A DNA stretch of 63,254 nt, the filler included, from Octopus bimaculoides (lineage: Eukaryota): NCBI RefSeq assembly GCF_001194135.2. It is 6 parts of 6 records of this genome, joined end to end, with 100 filler letters (N's around TTAATTAATTAA, not from the genome) between each part and the next. Parts side by side here need not be neighbours in the genome. Positions count along the whole stretch, not along the records: positions 1 to 28,830 come from NC_068984.1; positions 28,931 to 39,057 come from NC_068989.1; 4 more parts are not named here. The stretch is one strand, 5' to 3'. The translations under genes and the position numbers were made by a program. The first letter of the stretch is position 1; the number at the start of each line of letters is the position of its first letter. The notes beneath the pieces were generated by a model. The model was not told the DNA's origin, searched no databases, and saw only the letters and a program-made list of their open reading frames with translations. Positions 22,688 to 36,894 of this stretch are shown here, piece by piece.

Positions 22688-23027
22688 GTAAATACAGTAA
22701 TGAATACACAGGCTCTGTCTTTCGACTTTTTGATTAATCAGTCATTTTTAAATGCATTATGGCCTTTTAAATGTGTTCTACTTTTTTTTATTTTTTTATT
22801 TTTGTAAGTTTTAGTCTCTGTCCTCCTCCTTAATAGAATGTCAGGTTTTGAAAATTATTCCTTCTTGAGATTATCTCCCCTTCCCAAGTGAAGATTGCAT
22901 TAATTGCCGTCTGGTAATTATGCTACATCCTCTAGAGGTGAAGATGACTTTAATAAATCAAGAATTTATGTTGTATGGTACTTCACATACTTGCTCCTAA
23001 ACTACTGGTTTATTTTTTAGTCACTGT

Positions 23028-23154
23028 CTTTCTTCTTCTTCTTCTTCTTCTTCTTCTTCTTCTTCTTCTTCTTCTTCTTCTTCTTCTTCTTCTTCTTCTT
23101 CTTCTTCTTCTTCTTCTTCTTCTTCTTCTTCATCATCATCATCATCATCATCAT
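23028..23154. repeat. (CTT)n + (CAT)n compound microsatellite at the R4/Dong 3' end
   Basis: Read directly from the sequence. Confidence 0.95.
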
Positions 23155-24430
23155 TTCATTTGCGCACAACAAATTAGACTGTTGGGAAAAAAAATCCTAA
23201 CATCATTGGACTGCAACATGTAATCTTAGATGTCAAGAATCCTCCTAAGTATCCTAACTCTTCCTAATAATAACGTTTTCTGGAGCTGCACTAAACAAGG
23301 TTTAATTCCTATTTCCTCTATCTATTTGTTCAAATCTTTAGGGATAGTTCTTAATGCACCTATAACTTCAAGATACATTTTATCCGCACTTTGCATAGTC
23401 TCAGTAACTCAATGGCTAGGTCCTGGTACATTGCTATTTTCTTTTTACCTCTCATATCGATTTTCTCATCATTTTAAACTGTAAAGTCAATTACCTGGCA
23501 CTTACTATTTTTTGACTACTACTACAGTATGGTCAAATTCTAGCTTTCTACATAACCCCCAGTGGATTATTCTCTCTAGATTGCCAGGTCTTTTTTGTTT
23601 TGTATTCTTTCTGTGCCAGCATACTACATTCACTAACTATATGAGTAACATTTTCTTCCTTTCATTTACATAATCTACATTGGGAATCTACCTGATTTTT
23701 GTCTATCTCGGATTTTATCCAGTTATCTTGATGTTGTGCTGTTACTAACAAACTTTTTGTCTCCCTTTTTAGCCTTCCTTTCTGCAACCACGACTATGTC
23801 ACACTATTACTATTTTCTGCTACTTTCTTTGGAAATCTGTCATGCAAAGCCTTCTCTTACCAGTCAGATAATCTTGCTTCCTTTTCCTGCTATTTGGTTT
23901 CCCCGTCTCCTACTGTTACACTTGCAGCTCTTAATAAAATTTCCTCACTATTGCTTACATAGGAGGCTGTGTCTACTCTAGCTAACCCCGCACAGTTTTC
24001 TACTGATATTAAACCTCTACCACCTTCCTAGTTCTTCAGTCTAGGTTTGCTAATTCAGATTTTGTCCAATCTACAAAAGCTGCTGAATATCTAAGTAAGG
24101 ATAATGCCCAAATATTTACAGCCTTCACTGATTTACAGTTAAAGCTAAATGGTCCAAATATAATACAGGCCATTTAGCTTTAACTTCATTAACTTCCTTA
24201 CCCTTCTTATGTACTCCTTCTCAATTTTCTCTTTCATCTCTATAGTTAGTACCCTGTCAGATTCTAATACTCCTAGGTACTTTTTACTTCTTTCAGTGAT
24301 TGACAATCTGGTAATTAAATGCCATCACTGCTAACTACCTGTATCTTTTTATATGACTAATATTGCGCACTCATCTATGCCGAATTCTATACCTTTATCT
24401 TTGTTGGAGACTGGTGCTGTTACTGCTGTT
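23154..24430 (-). mobile_element. R4/Dong-like non-LTR retrotransposon, 3' part (RT C-terminus, CCHC, RLE), decayed
   Basis: Broken frames give GIEFGIDECAIL, YLGVLESD, EKEYIRRVRKLM, CRLCK*KEENVTHIVSECSMLAQKEYK, VIGALRTIPKDL and LQKTLLLGRVRILRRILDI*. Confidence 0.82.
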
Positions 24431-25637
24431 ATCATTTTCTTCTGGATCAGCCCTGATTGAGCAGATCTGTGATCAAAGGAGTTCCAAACTTGACCATATT
24501 CTTTTTGAAGATGGTAGGGAGAAATCTGTCCGGACTGGACATTGTATTGTGTTCTTGAGCAAAAGCATTTTATTTCACATTGCTCCTGTCCAATCAAGCT
24601 GTAAATGAGTAACCCTGCAATGGACTAGCATTCTGTTTAGTGGGAATGTTGTGACCTCGGTTAATTATACGCCGGGTGACCGGACCGATGAGTCCTAGGA
24701 TTCGAAAATTGTAATGTCTTGAGGTTCTACTGTGACACGCACACTCACGAGTACAAGTTTATTCCTATGCATACGTATGTGCACAACATGCACACACATA
24801 TATGCATACATCCTCCAATTCAGGTAACCATAAATCCCAAGAATTGTCCTGCCATTTTGTTAGTGACCGGCTTGAATTCGGTAAAAAAAAAAAAAGTACT
24901 TAAAATGATTCCCAAATAAACCATTTATATATGCGGGTGGATTTCAGTTCTAATACAAATAGCGCTATTGTTTTTGTAAGCAGAGCCTGCAATTCTATAT
25001 GACCTCAATCCACCTTGTTATTAAAGAGGGCCTTATCATCTAGGTGCCCTTGTATGATGCAGCTAAATATCATTTATGACGAAGAATCAATTTCTCTTCG
25101 ATAGAAATGTGAACTGATTTTGAAGAAATGATAGATTTCAGTTTACACATCGACTAAAGAAGCAACATTAAATGAAGTAATGTTGTAAATATCAAATTAA
25201 ATATATTATGAATGTTAGAACCTAAAATTACGTTACCTAAAGTATTTAACTAGTACATCACAAATGGTAGGTCTTTTGGAAGGATAGAAAAATACTGACT
25301 AGAAAGTAATCGTTTATGCACTTGCAATTACATGATTCTAGATTCGATAGGAGATTACTTAGCAGTTTGGGGAAGTGGCTGTTTCAATAGTTTCGAGTCA
25401 ACCCAATCCTTGTGAATGAAATTGGATGTAAGGAAACTGTGCAGACGTTCTCCGTATTGTACCTGTTTTAGAATGGAAGATTTAATCCTTCCCTGAGTTG
25501 AACATCACCACGTGTTAATTTATTGGATTCTATTCAGTTGAAAGTTTTTAGATTAGGTAGCTGTTCTGAGACTAACTCTTCACTTTTCCCCGCATTTTCT
25601 GGTCATAGTGCTCTTCATCTTTTGTCCTTATACATAT

Positions 25638-25682
<45 letters not shown>

Positions 25683-25810
25683 CACACACAAACATGCAAC
25701 TAAAATATATATTACATTTTTATATAGATGGAAAGTTAAATTTAATTGCTGGTACTATCGTCTCATGAACATTATAACATCTTATTTACTCTGGCTCCTT
25801 TTCTTTACAG

Positions 25811-27199
25811 GTAACAAAGTAACTTATGAATGGGATTTTGGCGATGGCGTTGCAGTAAACACCACAGAAGCACAAATCGTTCATGTCTATACACAACCAG
25901 CGACTTACAACATTACTGTATCTGCATGGAATCTGCTGAGTAGGAAAACAAATTACACGGTGGTTTTTGTTGAAGAAGCTGTCAAAGATCTGAAAATAGA
26001 AAACAAACCCATAGCGACAACAGAAGATGCTATTTTTCAAATTAGTAAATCTAATGGTTCCCACTTTCAATGTACACTCACTTATGGAGACAGTTCTGAC
26101 ACCAAGCTGAGCACGTCAGATTTTGCACCTACGGCTACTTCAACACACAGATATCAACAAAGAGGCACATACGATGTCACAATAACTTGTTCAAATAACA
26201 TTTCACAAAATTCATTTTCTGTTGAGCAAAAAGTCGTTGATCCAATTACAGAACTGAAACTTGTCGAAGAGGGAGTACTTAAAAGTGAGAAAAAAGCTAT
26301 CAATTTTTCAATCGCTACTGGATCTGAAGTTTCATTTGAGTTAACTTTAGATGGTGTAGACTATCCAGTCACATATAACCCTGATACAAAAATTGGTTCA
26401 ACAGAATTAATTGACTGGCCAAATTATGGGTTACATTATGTCATTATATCTGCAACAAATCCAGTTTCAAATGTAACAGAAACGTTTGAGTTTGGAGTGG
26501 AAGAAGAAATAACAGGAGCTAAATCTACGGTGGTTGGAGGAAAGAAAAGAATAAAAATCGGCGAAGATGTGACATATAAAGTAACGAAGGATACTGGATC
26601 AGGAGTGCAAATTGAATGGATTTATGGTGACGGGCAAACGTTTAATACTTCATGGAATGATACAGATCAGTCAACTCATACTTTCAACATTGCAGGAAAT
26701 TACAGTGTTGTCGTAAATGTTTTTAACAAACAGAAAAAGGTAGTATTTATACATAACCTATTAGTTTTGGCTCCTATTGAAAATCTGACTTTAGAAAGTA
26801 ACAGTCCTGTCATGTTTACACCACCTGCCAACGTCAATTTCAAATTTGTTTTGGCCAGTCTTCAAATTCCTACCGATGCCAGAGTAAACATCAGCTATGG
26901 AGATGGGAAATCGGACAGTCTTTTTTTTGATCTGAACAATGTATATTACCATGCCTATGAAGACATCGGCGTTTTTCATGTAACGGCAACCGTAAGCAAT
27001 GAGGTAAATGAAGCGGATCTCGAAACAGTGGTGGATATTATCGAGCCGTTTGAAGATCTTACCATTAAATCTAATCCACCTTATGCTGTACTGAATGAAG
27101 CCGTACAGATTTCTATATTTTTGTATCGAGGAGGCAACACAAATGTCAATATCACATGGGACATGGGTGACGGCACGATCAAGGAGACACCAAGAATAG
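25811..27199 (+). CDS. PKD1: Polycystin-1-like gene, exon 6: about 5.5 tandem PKD domains
   Basis: Acceptor ttctttacag (AG 25809-25810) and donor GTAAGT at 27200; phase 1/1, 1389 nt open. Repeated WDFGDG/YGD/WIYGDG/SYGDG/WDMGDG motifs are followed by H-x-Y/F-x3-G-x-Y-x-V-x5-N strands at about 88-aa spacing. Confidence 0.93.
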
Positions 27200-27638
27200 G
27201 TAAGTAATGTTCACTACTGTACACTTGGATTTATATGAAAGAAGGTAATTATTGAATAACATGAAAGTGAATTATCAGAAATTTATGATGACAAAAGATT
27301 TTCTCGGCTATTCAACCATTACCCAGGATAATTTGGCATTGTTAATTTGTCATTAGACAAGTGGAATCACAGACTATGAGGCAACTGTAGAAAACCTGAG
27401 TTACAGAAATAATCACCCGTTCCTGTAAAACTTGCTGTAAGATGAAACCCTGTGGTGCAAAATTAATTTTCCCATTGATTTTCAGATTTATTAAGTCATA
27501 ATACGTTCCGGCAGATATTTTCATACAAGAAACAATACGAAATCTGTGCTATACATTTTTTATTGGATTGACAGACACTATATTGTGACTATATTCCTTT
27601 TCTGTGGTTGATATTTCCATGAAAAATATATTTTCCAT

Positions 27639-27970
27639 GGCGTGGCTGTGTGGTAAGAAGCTTGATTCCCAACCACACGGCTCCAGGTTCAGTCCCACTG
27701 TGTGGCACCTTGGGCAAGTGTCTTCTTACTATAACTTCGGGTCAACCAACACTTGGTGAGTAGATTTGGTAAACAGAAACTGAGAGAAGCCCATCGCGTG
27801 TGTGTGTGAGTGTGTCTTTGTGTCTGTGTTTGCGCCCCATCACCACTTGACGACCGGTGATGGTGTGTTTACGTCCCCATAACTTAGCTGTTCGTTAAAA
27901 GAGATATAAATAAATACAATGCTTAAAAATTAAGTCCTGGGGTCGATTTGTTTGACTAAAATCCTTCAAG
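27639..27970 (+). mobile_element. tRNA-derived SINE (family B, CORE-like ccttgggcaagtg)
   Basis: A-box-like tggctgtgtggtaag, B-box-like ggttcagtccc, body gtggcaccttgggcaagtgtcttc...gaaactgagagaagccc, a TG microsatellite and a tail. Confidence 0.85.
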
Positions 27971-28505
27971 GTTTAATTTTGTTGAAGATAGTGTCTTCTC
28001 AAACGCTGGTGGTTGAGCAGAGCTATATCACTGAAAAAATTTTAAAAACTGATCAAGCAAGGTGTTTAAGTAGCATTTTTGCCATATCTTTGCAGTCTTT
28101 ATTTAAGATCTATGTATTTTAAATGCTATGCCTCAACCAGACAGTAGAGTATTATAAGAAACTGTACACTGCAGGAAGAAATGAAATTAAGTACTGATTT
28201 TGACTTAGTTTTAGAGTGGAAATTTTTTCTGTGTCAATTTTGCCTTTCATTCTTCCATGATCAATGAGATAATGCGCAGTAATGCACTAGAATTGATTTA
28301 AAAATGAACAGCATTCCACCAAAAGTCTTGAATTGTGCTTAATATTCATCTCATCTGGTAATAGTGAACCAACAGCTTCTATTTTCCTCCACCAACCAAT
28401 CCTGGACATTTACTGAGTGATTCTCTCATTTCTAATTTGACTTGTTTGATGAGGGCTATGCTTATTTGACGAGATAGTAATAATATTGAAACATATTCAG
28501 AGTTA

Positions 28506-28830
28506 TCTATATATATAAAAATGAGAATGTGTGTCTGTCTGTCTGTCTGTGTGTGTGTGTGAATCCCTAAAACTCGAGAACTACACAACCAATTTCATTC
28601 AAATTTTACACGTGCCTTACTTAGGGTCCCGGTTGTGTTTTAGTCAAAAAAAAAATGTTTAACTTCTTGCATAGTTCGAGCCCACAGCAACATAATATCT
28701 CCTCCACTATTTAAGTATTACGTGTCAAAAGTGAAACAAAAACACTCATGTCAAATACTTTCACTTTAAAAATGAAACTATTCCACTAACTGAAACAATC
28801 ACATTTCGATACTATAATGACAGATACTTT
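28506..28830 (+). mobile_element. Non-autonomous Helitron-like 5' end
   Basis: Starts a|TCTATATATATAAAAATGAGAATGTG followed by (TCTG)n, the usual start of non-autonomous Helitron/DINE-like elements. The 3' end is lost in the gap. Confidence 0.5.
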
Positions 28831-31272
28831 NNNNNNNNNNNNNNNNNNNNNNNNNNNNNNNNNNNNNNNNNNNNTTAATTAATTAANNNNNNNNNNNNNN
28901 NNNNNNNNNNNNNNNNNNNNNNNNNNNNNNCAGAGTAATGTTCGTATGCATTATTCAGATTTTAGATTCTGATTATATTCACTTCAATAAAGCTTGAATA
29001 AGTTAATAATACCGAGGTTTTCATTTAAATATTTTAACACAAAAGAAAAAAATATTCAACACATAAGAAAAATAATAACTTACTCGTTTAAGATAATATA
29101 GCATTAATATTTCTAAGAAAAGGGTGTATATATACCACATCCACCACATAAGGATATCTAATGTGGATATCTAATAATATGGATATTGAATAGTATGGAT
29201 ACTGAATAGCAATCAATAAAAAGTAAAATAGGAATTAAAACATTAATATAGTATGACGTATATCTTACAGGCCGAGGTTTTATTTTTGTTTTTTTAGACA
29301 TTGTAAATAAATTGTTTTTTGCATGTGCGAAGGATAGGTAATTATTCTATATTCAATATATCCAGTAAGACGTTGAATATATGAGTTGAAATATATTCCT
29401 TACAGAAGCCCTAATATCAAATTTTATATTAAGTTAAAGAGGCTAATCAAAGGATTCAATGTTATATAATGATGAATGCTTTTCATAGATCTTATATTTA
29501 TAAAAGACTATTTAACTTCACAGATCCAATACTGATTTTTGTGATGAAATGTAGAACGTGTTTCACGCAATCGTACCGCAGTTCAATTATAGGACAATTC
29601 TGACTGAGCAGGCTTATAATCGAAGGCGTTCAACCGTCAATCATCGTGACATTTTTTCGGCATTAAGTGAATGCAGAGTTACATTATCTATTTACGAAAC
29701 TGTGGCATGATTACAGGGAGATTTAAAAATTATTATTAGCTCTTCAAGCAACTGCATTGAGGCTCCTCGATGACTTCTTTTCGTACGATAATTATTATTG
29801 TAAATGTGTTACGGTTATGTAAGCTGTGTTTCACTTTTCTTTTAAATAAAAGAAATGCTGTTTTCAAAATACACTCATTGGCTTTTCTCAGAAACTGAAA
29901 TAATTTGATCATAATCTATTATTTAAATGCGGTGTACTCTACAATACTGCAGTATAGAATCACTGCATTAACCCCGTTTTCATTCTCAGACGTGAGGCAA
30001 CGTTTCGAAGTATTAGATTTAACCTATTCTCTTTGAGATTATTGTAATGGCTTCATCAGATTAGAAAGGTCGACAAAATCTTGTTGACAAGTTACTTTCG
30101 GAGAAAAAAATTGGACAAAGTATTTCCCTCAGAAGAGGGGAAATTAGGTGACCGGTGTCAGTGAACCCAACTGATGGATTACTCCATCTACCATAGAAAA
30201 GCTTCCACATAGTTTCCGTTTATCTAATTTCACCCATAAGTATTAGGTCTTCCCGAGACTATTATAAGAAGAACCATCTTAATGTCTTCTGCCATAGTAT
30301 CGACACGCATAGAAGATTAGTTGTAAGACGAATCGCTAAGCCACATAATTGCTTTATTCATGCACATTTACGTATGGTTATTCATATTTTAAAAGGATAT
30401 TGTAAATATTGTAAAAGGATATATCAACAATATACATACATACATACATATATATNNNNNNNNNNNNNNNNNNNNNNNNNNNNNNNNNNNNNNNNNNNNN
30501 NNNNNNNNNNNNNNNNNNNNNNNNNNNNNNNNNNNNNNNNNNNNNNNNNNNNNNNNNNNNNNNNNNNNNNNNNNNNNNNNNNNNNNNNNNNNNNNNNNNN
30601 NNNNNNNNNNNNNNNNNNNNNNNNNNNNNNNNNNNNNNNNNNNNNNNNNNNNNNNNNNNNNNNNNNNNNNNNNNNNNNNNNNNNATATATATATATATAT
30701 ACACATCAGCCATTTATTCTAAACACAGTTGTGACAGCTATTTCTGCCTGCATCTTGGTAAATTATATACATCCAACTATATGTTAACACTGAAATTTCA
30801 GTGTCTAACCAATTTATTCTCACATAAAAGGCAAATTTACTGTCATCTGCTGGAAAAAGTATAGACATCGCAACATTTACCCAAGTGATTATACGGTATC
30901 TTTACGACTAAGAGGCTGATTATGCGGACAGGGATGAAAGGCATTCAAACCACAATCAAGGTATTTTTTTAAGGTAGACAAGAATACCTTATTTTTTATA
31001 CTCATATCTCAGCTTTTTAAAGCGTTAAGGCGTTACATTATTCAAGCGGTTAATTGTCAGAGCGTCAAACGAAATGCTTCCCAGCATTTGTTTCACCCTG
31101 TTTACTCCTTGAATTCAAGTTCAAATGCTATTGCTTTTACCTTTGCCTTTAATGTTTCTGGTGTAGGATGATGAGCTGGTGGAAGTGTTAAAGAAATTGG
31201 CTAGCAAACGAATTCACGGCAATTGGAGGGTCTCAAAGTACAGCTTCACGAAATACATATACATACATACAT

Positions 31273-31303
<31 letters not shown>

Positions 31304-32887
31304 NNNNNNNNNNNNNNNNNNNNNNNNNNNNNNNNNNNNNNNNNNNNNNNNNNNNNNNNNNNNNNNNNNNNNNNNNNNNNNNNNNNNNNNNNNNNNNNNN
31401 NNNNNNNNNNNNNNNNNNNNNNNNNNNNNNNNNNNNNNNNNNNNNNNNNNNNNNNNNNNNNNNNNNNNNNNNNNNNNNNNNNNNNNNNNNNNNNNNNNNN
31501 NNNNNNNNNNNNNNNNNNNNNNNNNNNNNNNNNNNNNNNNNNNNNNNNNNNNNNNNNNNNNNNNNNNNNNNNNNNNNNNNNNNNNNNNNNNNNNNNNNNN
31601 NNNNNNNNNNNNNNNNNNNNNNNNNNNNNNNNNNNNNNNNNNNNNNNNNNNNNNNNNNNNNNNNNNNNNNNNNNNNNNNNNNNNNNNNNNNNNNNNNNNN
31701 NNNNNNNNNNNNNNNNNNNNNNNNNNNNNNNNNNNNNNNNNNNNNNNNNNNNNNNNNNNNNNNNNNNNNNNNNNNNNNNNNNNNNNNNNNNNNNNNNNNN
31801 NNNNNNNNNNNNNNNNNNNNNNNNNNNNNNNNNNNNNNNNNNNNNNNNNNNNNNNNNNNNNNNNNNNNNNNNNNNNNNNNNNNNNNNNNNNNNNNNNNNN
31901 NNNNNNNNNNNNNNNNNNNNNNNNNNNNNNNNNNNNNNNNNNNNNNNNNNNNNNNNNNNNNNNNNNNNNNNNNNNNNNNNNNNNNNNNNNNNNNNNNNNN
32001 NNNNNNNNNNNNNNNNNNNNNNNNNNNNNNNNNNNNNNNNNNNNNNNNNNNNNNNNNNNNNNNNNNNNNNNNNNNNNNNNNNNNNNNNNNNNNNNNNNNN
32101 NNNNNNNNNNNNNNNNNNNNNNNNNNNNNNNNNNNNNNNNNNNNNNNNNNNNNNNNNNNNNNNNNNNNNNNNATATATATATATATATATAAGCATATGA
32201 TACACCAAAATTATGTTCTGTTTATAATTTCTCACATCAAATATTCATTATCACGTGTTAGAAGATATATCTATGAAATATCAGGTATAACATCTATATA
32301 TTAGCTAACTCTAACTGAATGAATGCTTTAATTTTTTGTGAAGAATACGCTAGAATAATGAAATGCTTAATTTGAGACATCATGTCTACTGATTATTTCT
32401 TTCTATAACTCTTTCTTCAGCGTCATTCCCACCATTTTTCTTTCTCTAGATCCACTTCTGGTTCCCGTACCTTTCTTCTCCAACTCTTACACACTCGTAT
32501 GATATATTTTCCTTCTATGAATTTTTGAATGAGTTATATGTCATTCTATCCTTATGTAAGTGCATTAATACACACAGTTCTCGCTTTGTCTGTTGCCATT
32601 CTTTCCGTATATATGTGTGTGTGTGCATATATGTTTTTTTTTTAATGCGTTAAAATACATCTAAACGCATATAGACGTAAATATAAGTGTATATACATAT
32701 ATGTGTGTATAAATATATATACGTATATATATATAGTGCATTCGTATATTTATACGTATAGGGTAGATATATGTNNNNNNNNNNATATATGGAGAATTGA
32801 GGAGAAATAAAGATAAAGCCAAGAAACTATGATAAAATTAATAACTGGATACATATATATTAATAGACAGAGAGACATGCAGGTAGG

Positions 32888-32972
<85 letters not shown>

Positions 32973-34856
32973 GTTGGTTTATGTAAGGAAAGCGATGTAG
33001 GAAATATGCTAATATAATGTATTTTTTTAAAAATCAATAAATAAACTGAGGTATAATAAGAGTTGTGCGACACTGATTAGTCTAACTGTTCGTTGCCCAT
33101 TTCTTTCTCCTTTCAACGTAACAAAAGTATGAGATCTAATTACGAAGGCGTTCATCATGAAATCTTTGAAGAAGTAGCATAAAGTGTGACTATTCTTAAG
33201 AATAAGTTAATTTGATTGAGATCCTTGGAAATTGTAGTTTTTACGCACTGTTAAAAGTGAATCTGATGAATAAATAGCGTTGAAGCCAGTCTATGCAAGT
33301 GCTCGTGCAAGTACATATATTACGAACCTGAACCAGTAATCTTTTGACACGCAGAATTCAAAAGTTACAATTATTTATCACCATCTCGGCATGATTTTAA
33401 GGTATTAGATCAATAGCAATCCATTGTTTTATTTTGCAATAAAATAGTTTGCGAGGAACAAGGTATGACATAGTATCATACATAGGAATCGTTTTCCTCA
33501 AAGGCAATTTTCTTAAAATTCTACTGAAAAACTATTAAAAACCTTTAAATTTCTACCGAAAAATTTACAGCGTTGTTTCTGACTAATTTCCCATGAATTA
33601 GCGTTTAATTTTTTTTTTTAGGTCTGACCATCAGAAAGGTCATGAACCAAGTTCCAACAATAGTCCGCTATCTTATGCAAGTTCCATCTACATTGACATC
33701 TTTGTTTCGTTGATTTTTGTCTGCAGAGAAGCGTTCTCCCTGCTTCTCACCAATTCTTACACGAATTTTCTTTTGACTAAACAATTGTATATGTCAAAAG
33801 TACTTTCTAGAACCAAATCTAAAAAAATACATTTGGTAAATATTATATTCACTTTTGGAGAATGCAGATTTGTTATTCATAACAGAGTTATATCATACTT
33901 TAGGAAAACACTGAAGGAATATATTTAAATAGAATTTGTAAAACACTAAATGCACAAAGGGAAACAGCTTTTGAACCTATATTTAGTTAAAGCTTGATAT
34001 ATATATAATTGATTCCCGGCATTTTCAATGTGAGCAGTTCCTGTATGATTTGTTCTGAATATTTACAGTTGCACAATATATCGGCACAACGGACGAAATA
34101 TCAAAATCAACAGCTGCTTAATTGACATCAAAGTGTAGAGGGGTTAAATTATGTAAAGCATTTTGCCCTTAGCATTATATCAGATGCTATCCCTGCGGTA
34201 GGAGATCAGTTTTGCCACAAAACTTCTACTTAATAATACAAATATGCTAATACTATTCTCATTACTCATCAATTAACTGCACAATTTGTCAACAGGCTCT
34301 CGGTGAATTCAATTTGCCAATTGAGCTTAGAATTTTATAACGTCCAATATTTAATGATTAAATATGTATACATTTGGACGTATATCACAAATAGATGAAC
34401 TTGGTAATATTGAAAGATATGTAATTGATTTTACATGCGATGTATATATACACATAGAATCATATATGCCTGTGTGCGTTTCTATGGAGTGTATATTTAC
34501 ACACAGACACGCGCACACAGACACACAGACACACGCACATAGACATACACACACACACACATAAATGTATGTGCGTGTGTGTGTTTGTGTATGTATATGT
34601 ATGTGTGCGTATTTGTGTATTCAGTCTACCGCTGTTTTTATGTCTCCAAAATGGAGACGTGCACCGATGTTCCTTGTGATAAGCTTTATAGTTGTTGAAG
34701 TATTCCTTAGCATGAAACCAATGGTGGCTTTAATACAGAAATAAAGAATCTTTATTAACCACTCCGGTGTTGAACGCTCATTTTCATTGTTCAACGCATA
34801 TATATCATGAGTAAATGCGAAATTCCAGATGACTTGAAAAAAAAAACAATAATAAA

Positions 34857-34929
<73 letters not shown>

Positions 34930-36503
34930 CACCAGGTGTGGTTTCGTTGCACTGTTCTGAGATTTGATCACAAAAATGTGTGGGAAGTGGTGGGGCGAGT
35001 GAGTAGCAAGGGTGAGGTACTAGGTCTACCAACTACTTGGATCGAAGGGTTTTATACTTACGGTGGAAAAGACAGAAGACAAAAGGCTTGTGGAACATAT
35101 ATTCAGGCAGAGAGTGACCTTATGCTAAACATTCGATTGAGTTTTCTCTGCGTGATTAGAAGCAGAACGCTCCTATCTGAGGGAGAAACACTCCCCTGTT
35201 GGTTCCATTGAGCTTTCTCCATTTTTAGTCATTTTTAAGGAATGAATTACTTTGTGATTATCAAATGCAGGACATGTTATCATGATGTGGTTCCAATCAT
35301 GTTAACAATGCATTTTTGCAAAGAGATATCTTCTGTGATTCAAGTTAAACATGTTTTAGACGGCGATGTGTATTCTTAAATCAGCGTAGGGTATTGTTTT
35401 CTTTCATTTGCCGTTAGACTGTAAAAGACTGTTTGGACTCGATTCAGGATGCATTCTATGTCTCCACTCATGGATTTAGTGCAAATTTAGCACCTGACGT
35501 CTAGTTGTGCATACCTAATGCATGTTTGTAGAACTTAAGAGCTATATTAATGGTTATATCAACCTTATTGTTTGACCGTTTTAAGAAGCATCAGTAACGG
35601 AGGAAAAGTTGGATGCAAAATAGAACTTTGGGACAAAACAAAACAAACAAGTAATACAGAGGGAATTCCGTCAATAAATGTCACGTGCTTATGGTTTAAT
35701 TAGAAGCTACAGATCCAAGTAATGAGGGTTAAACGGAACCTGTAGATGAAACGTTTCCATAGAAGTTTTTGTAGAATATTCGCTGATGTTTAAAAGAAAC
35801 TACACAACTTTTTAAAATACTGGCTTCGAAACTACTCTCTTGGACCGATTTTCCAATCACAAATGATCTGTGCATTATGAATGAACCAGGAAGCAAGTAT
35901 CTGCAAATCGATAAAGTGTGTATGGGCGAGCACGCGCTCACATATAAACAAATGTACAAAGACACATAATTATATATGTGTATATTTCTGTGTGGTGTCC
36001 GGGTAGCTGTCTGAATCTATATTTGTGACAATGCATAGTATGTCTGTGTGTACACATATGTAAGGTATCCTGTAATGCTGGACATATCACGTGAAGATCT
36101 TGCCGGAGGACATATATTTGAAAATGACAATAATTATAATACGGAGTAATTCATTGAGAGACTGCCAACCGTTTAGATAATTATAGAGGTAGATATAGTA
36201 TTTAACAGGTTCCTTCCCATTTCCTTCGAAATTTGTCAATATTTATCATGATCAGACCAAATGACTTATGCCCGTAAACGGTATATATTTGGCCAAACTT
36301 CTCTTAGAATTTTAATACATTTATAAATGAAATATGCATATATCAAATACAAGCAATCTCTCAGGGATACATTATCTCGCAAACATAGATTAAACCGTAT
36401 GATTAAGAAAGGTTCAGTGTAAACGTGTTCGGGTTACAATCACACTCAGCGGAGCACAAATTGCTTCATGTTTGAAACTAAAACTTGTCACAAATCCGTT
36501 GCG

Positions 36504-36586
<83 letters not shown>

Positions 36587-36811
36587 GGTGGGTGTGTGGG
36601 TGTGGGTGTGTGCGCGTGTGTGTGTGTGTATGTGTTTATATATATACATTCAATGCAACGGATTTGTAACAGGTTTATGTATTTATCGACATTACCTCTC
36701 TCTCTCTCTCTCTCTTCTCCCTCTCTCTTTCTCTCTTCCTCACTTTTTGCATGTATATGTATATATATATGCAAAGAGTGAGGAAGAGAGGGAGTGAGAG
36801 AGAGAGGAATG

Positions 36812-36894
<83 letters not shown>

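Noticed and set aside
24680-24730. ccgatgagtcctaggattcgaaa, resembling a hammerhead core
   Set aside because: Stem II would need a 2-nt loop, and stems I and III do not form. The context resembles a diverged SINE body.
28875-28886. TTAATTAATTAA islands inside N runs (also 39102-39113, 48120-48131, 56515-56526, 60296-60307)
   Set aside because: Each sits in a 44N + 12 + 44N = 100-bp gap and has stops in all six frames. This is an assembly spacer, not biology.
29995-30065. Minus-strand CTGATGA...GAAACGTT
   Set aside because: The core motifs are present, but stem I does not pair and stem II is badly mismatched. At best it is a very old remnant.
33622-33930. Strong + strand acceptor (poly-T then AG at 33620-33621) as a possible next PKD1 exon
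   Set aside because: The required phase-1 frame stops after about 30 codons and has no PKD features.
34621-34832. Candidate nested antisense exon (acceptor ttttcaag at about 34833, 70 open codons) with a GTAAGT donor-like site at about 35061
   Set aside because: The frame runs to a stop with no convincing donor, the upstream segment has stops in all frames, and I recognise no protein motif. The plus strand has a VERSFS hAT-like word that is too short to call.
35200-35960. Unique-looking sequence with short peptide-like stretches (possible old transposase)
   Set aside because: All frames are interrupted and I could not recognise a diagnostic motif.
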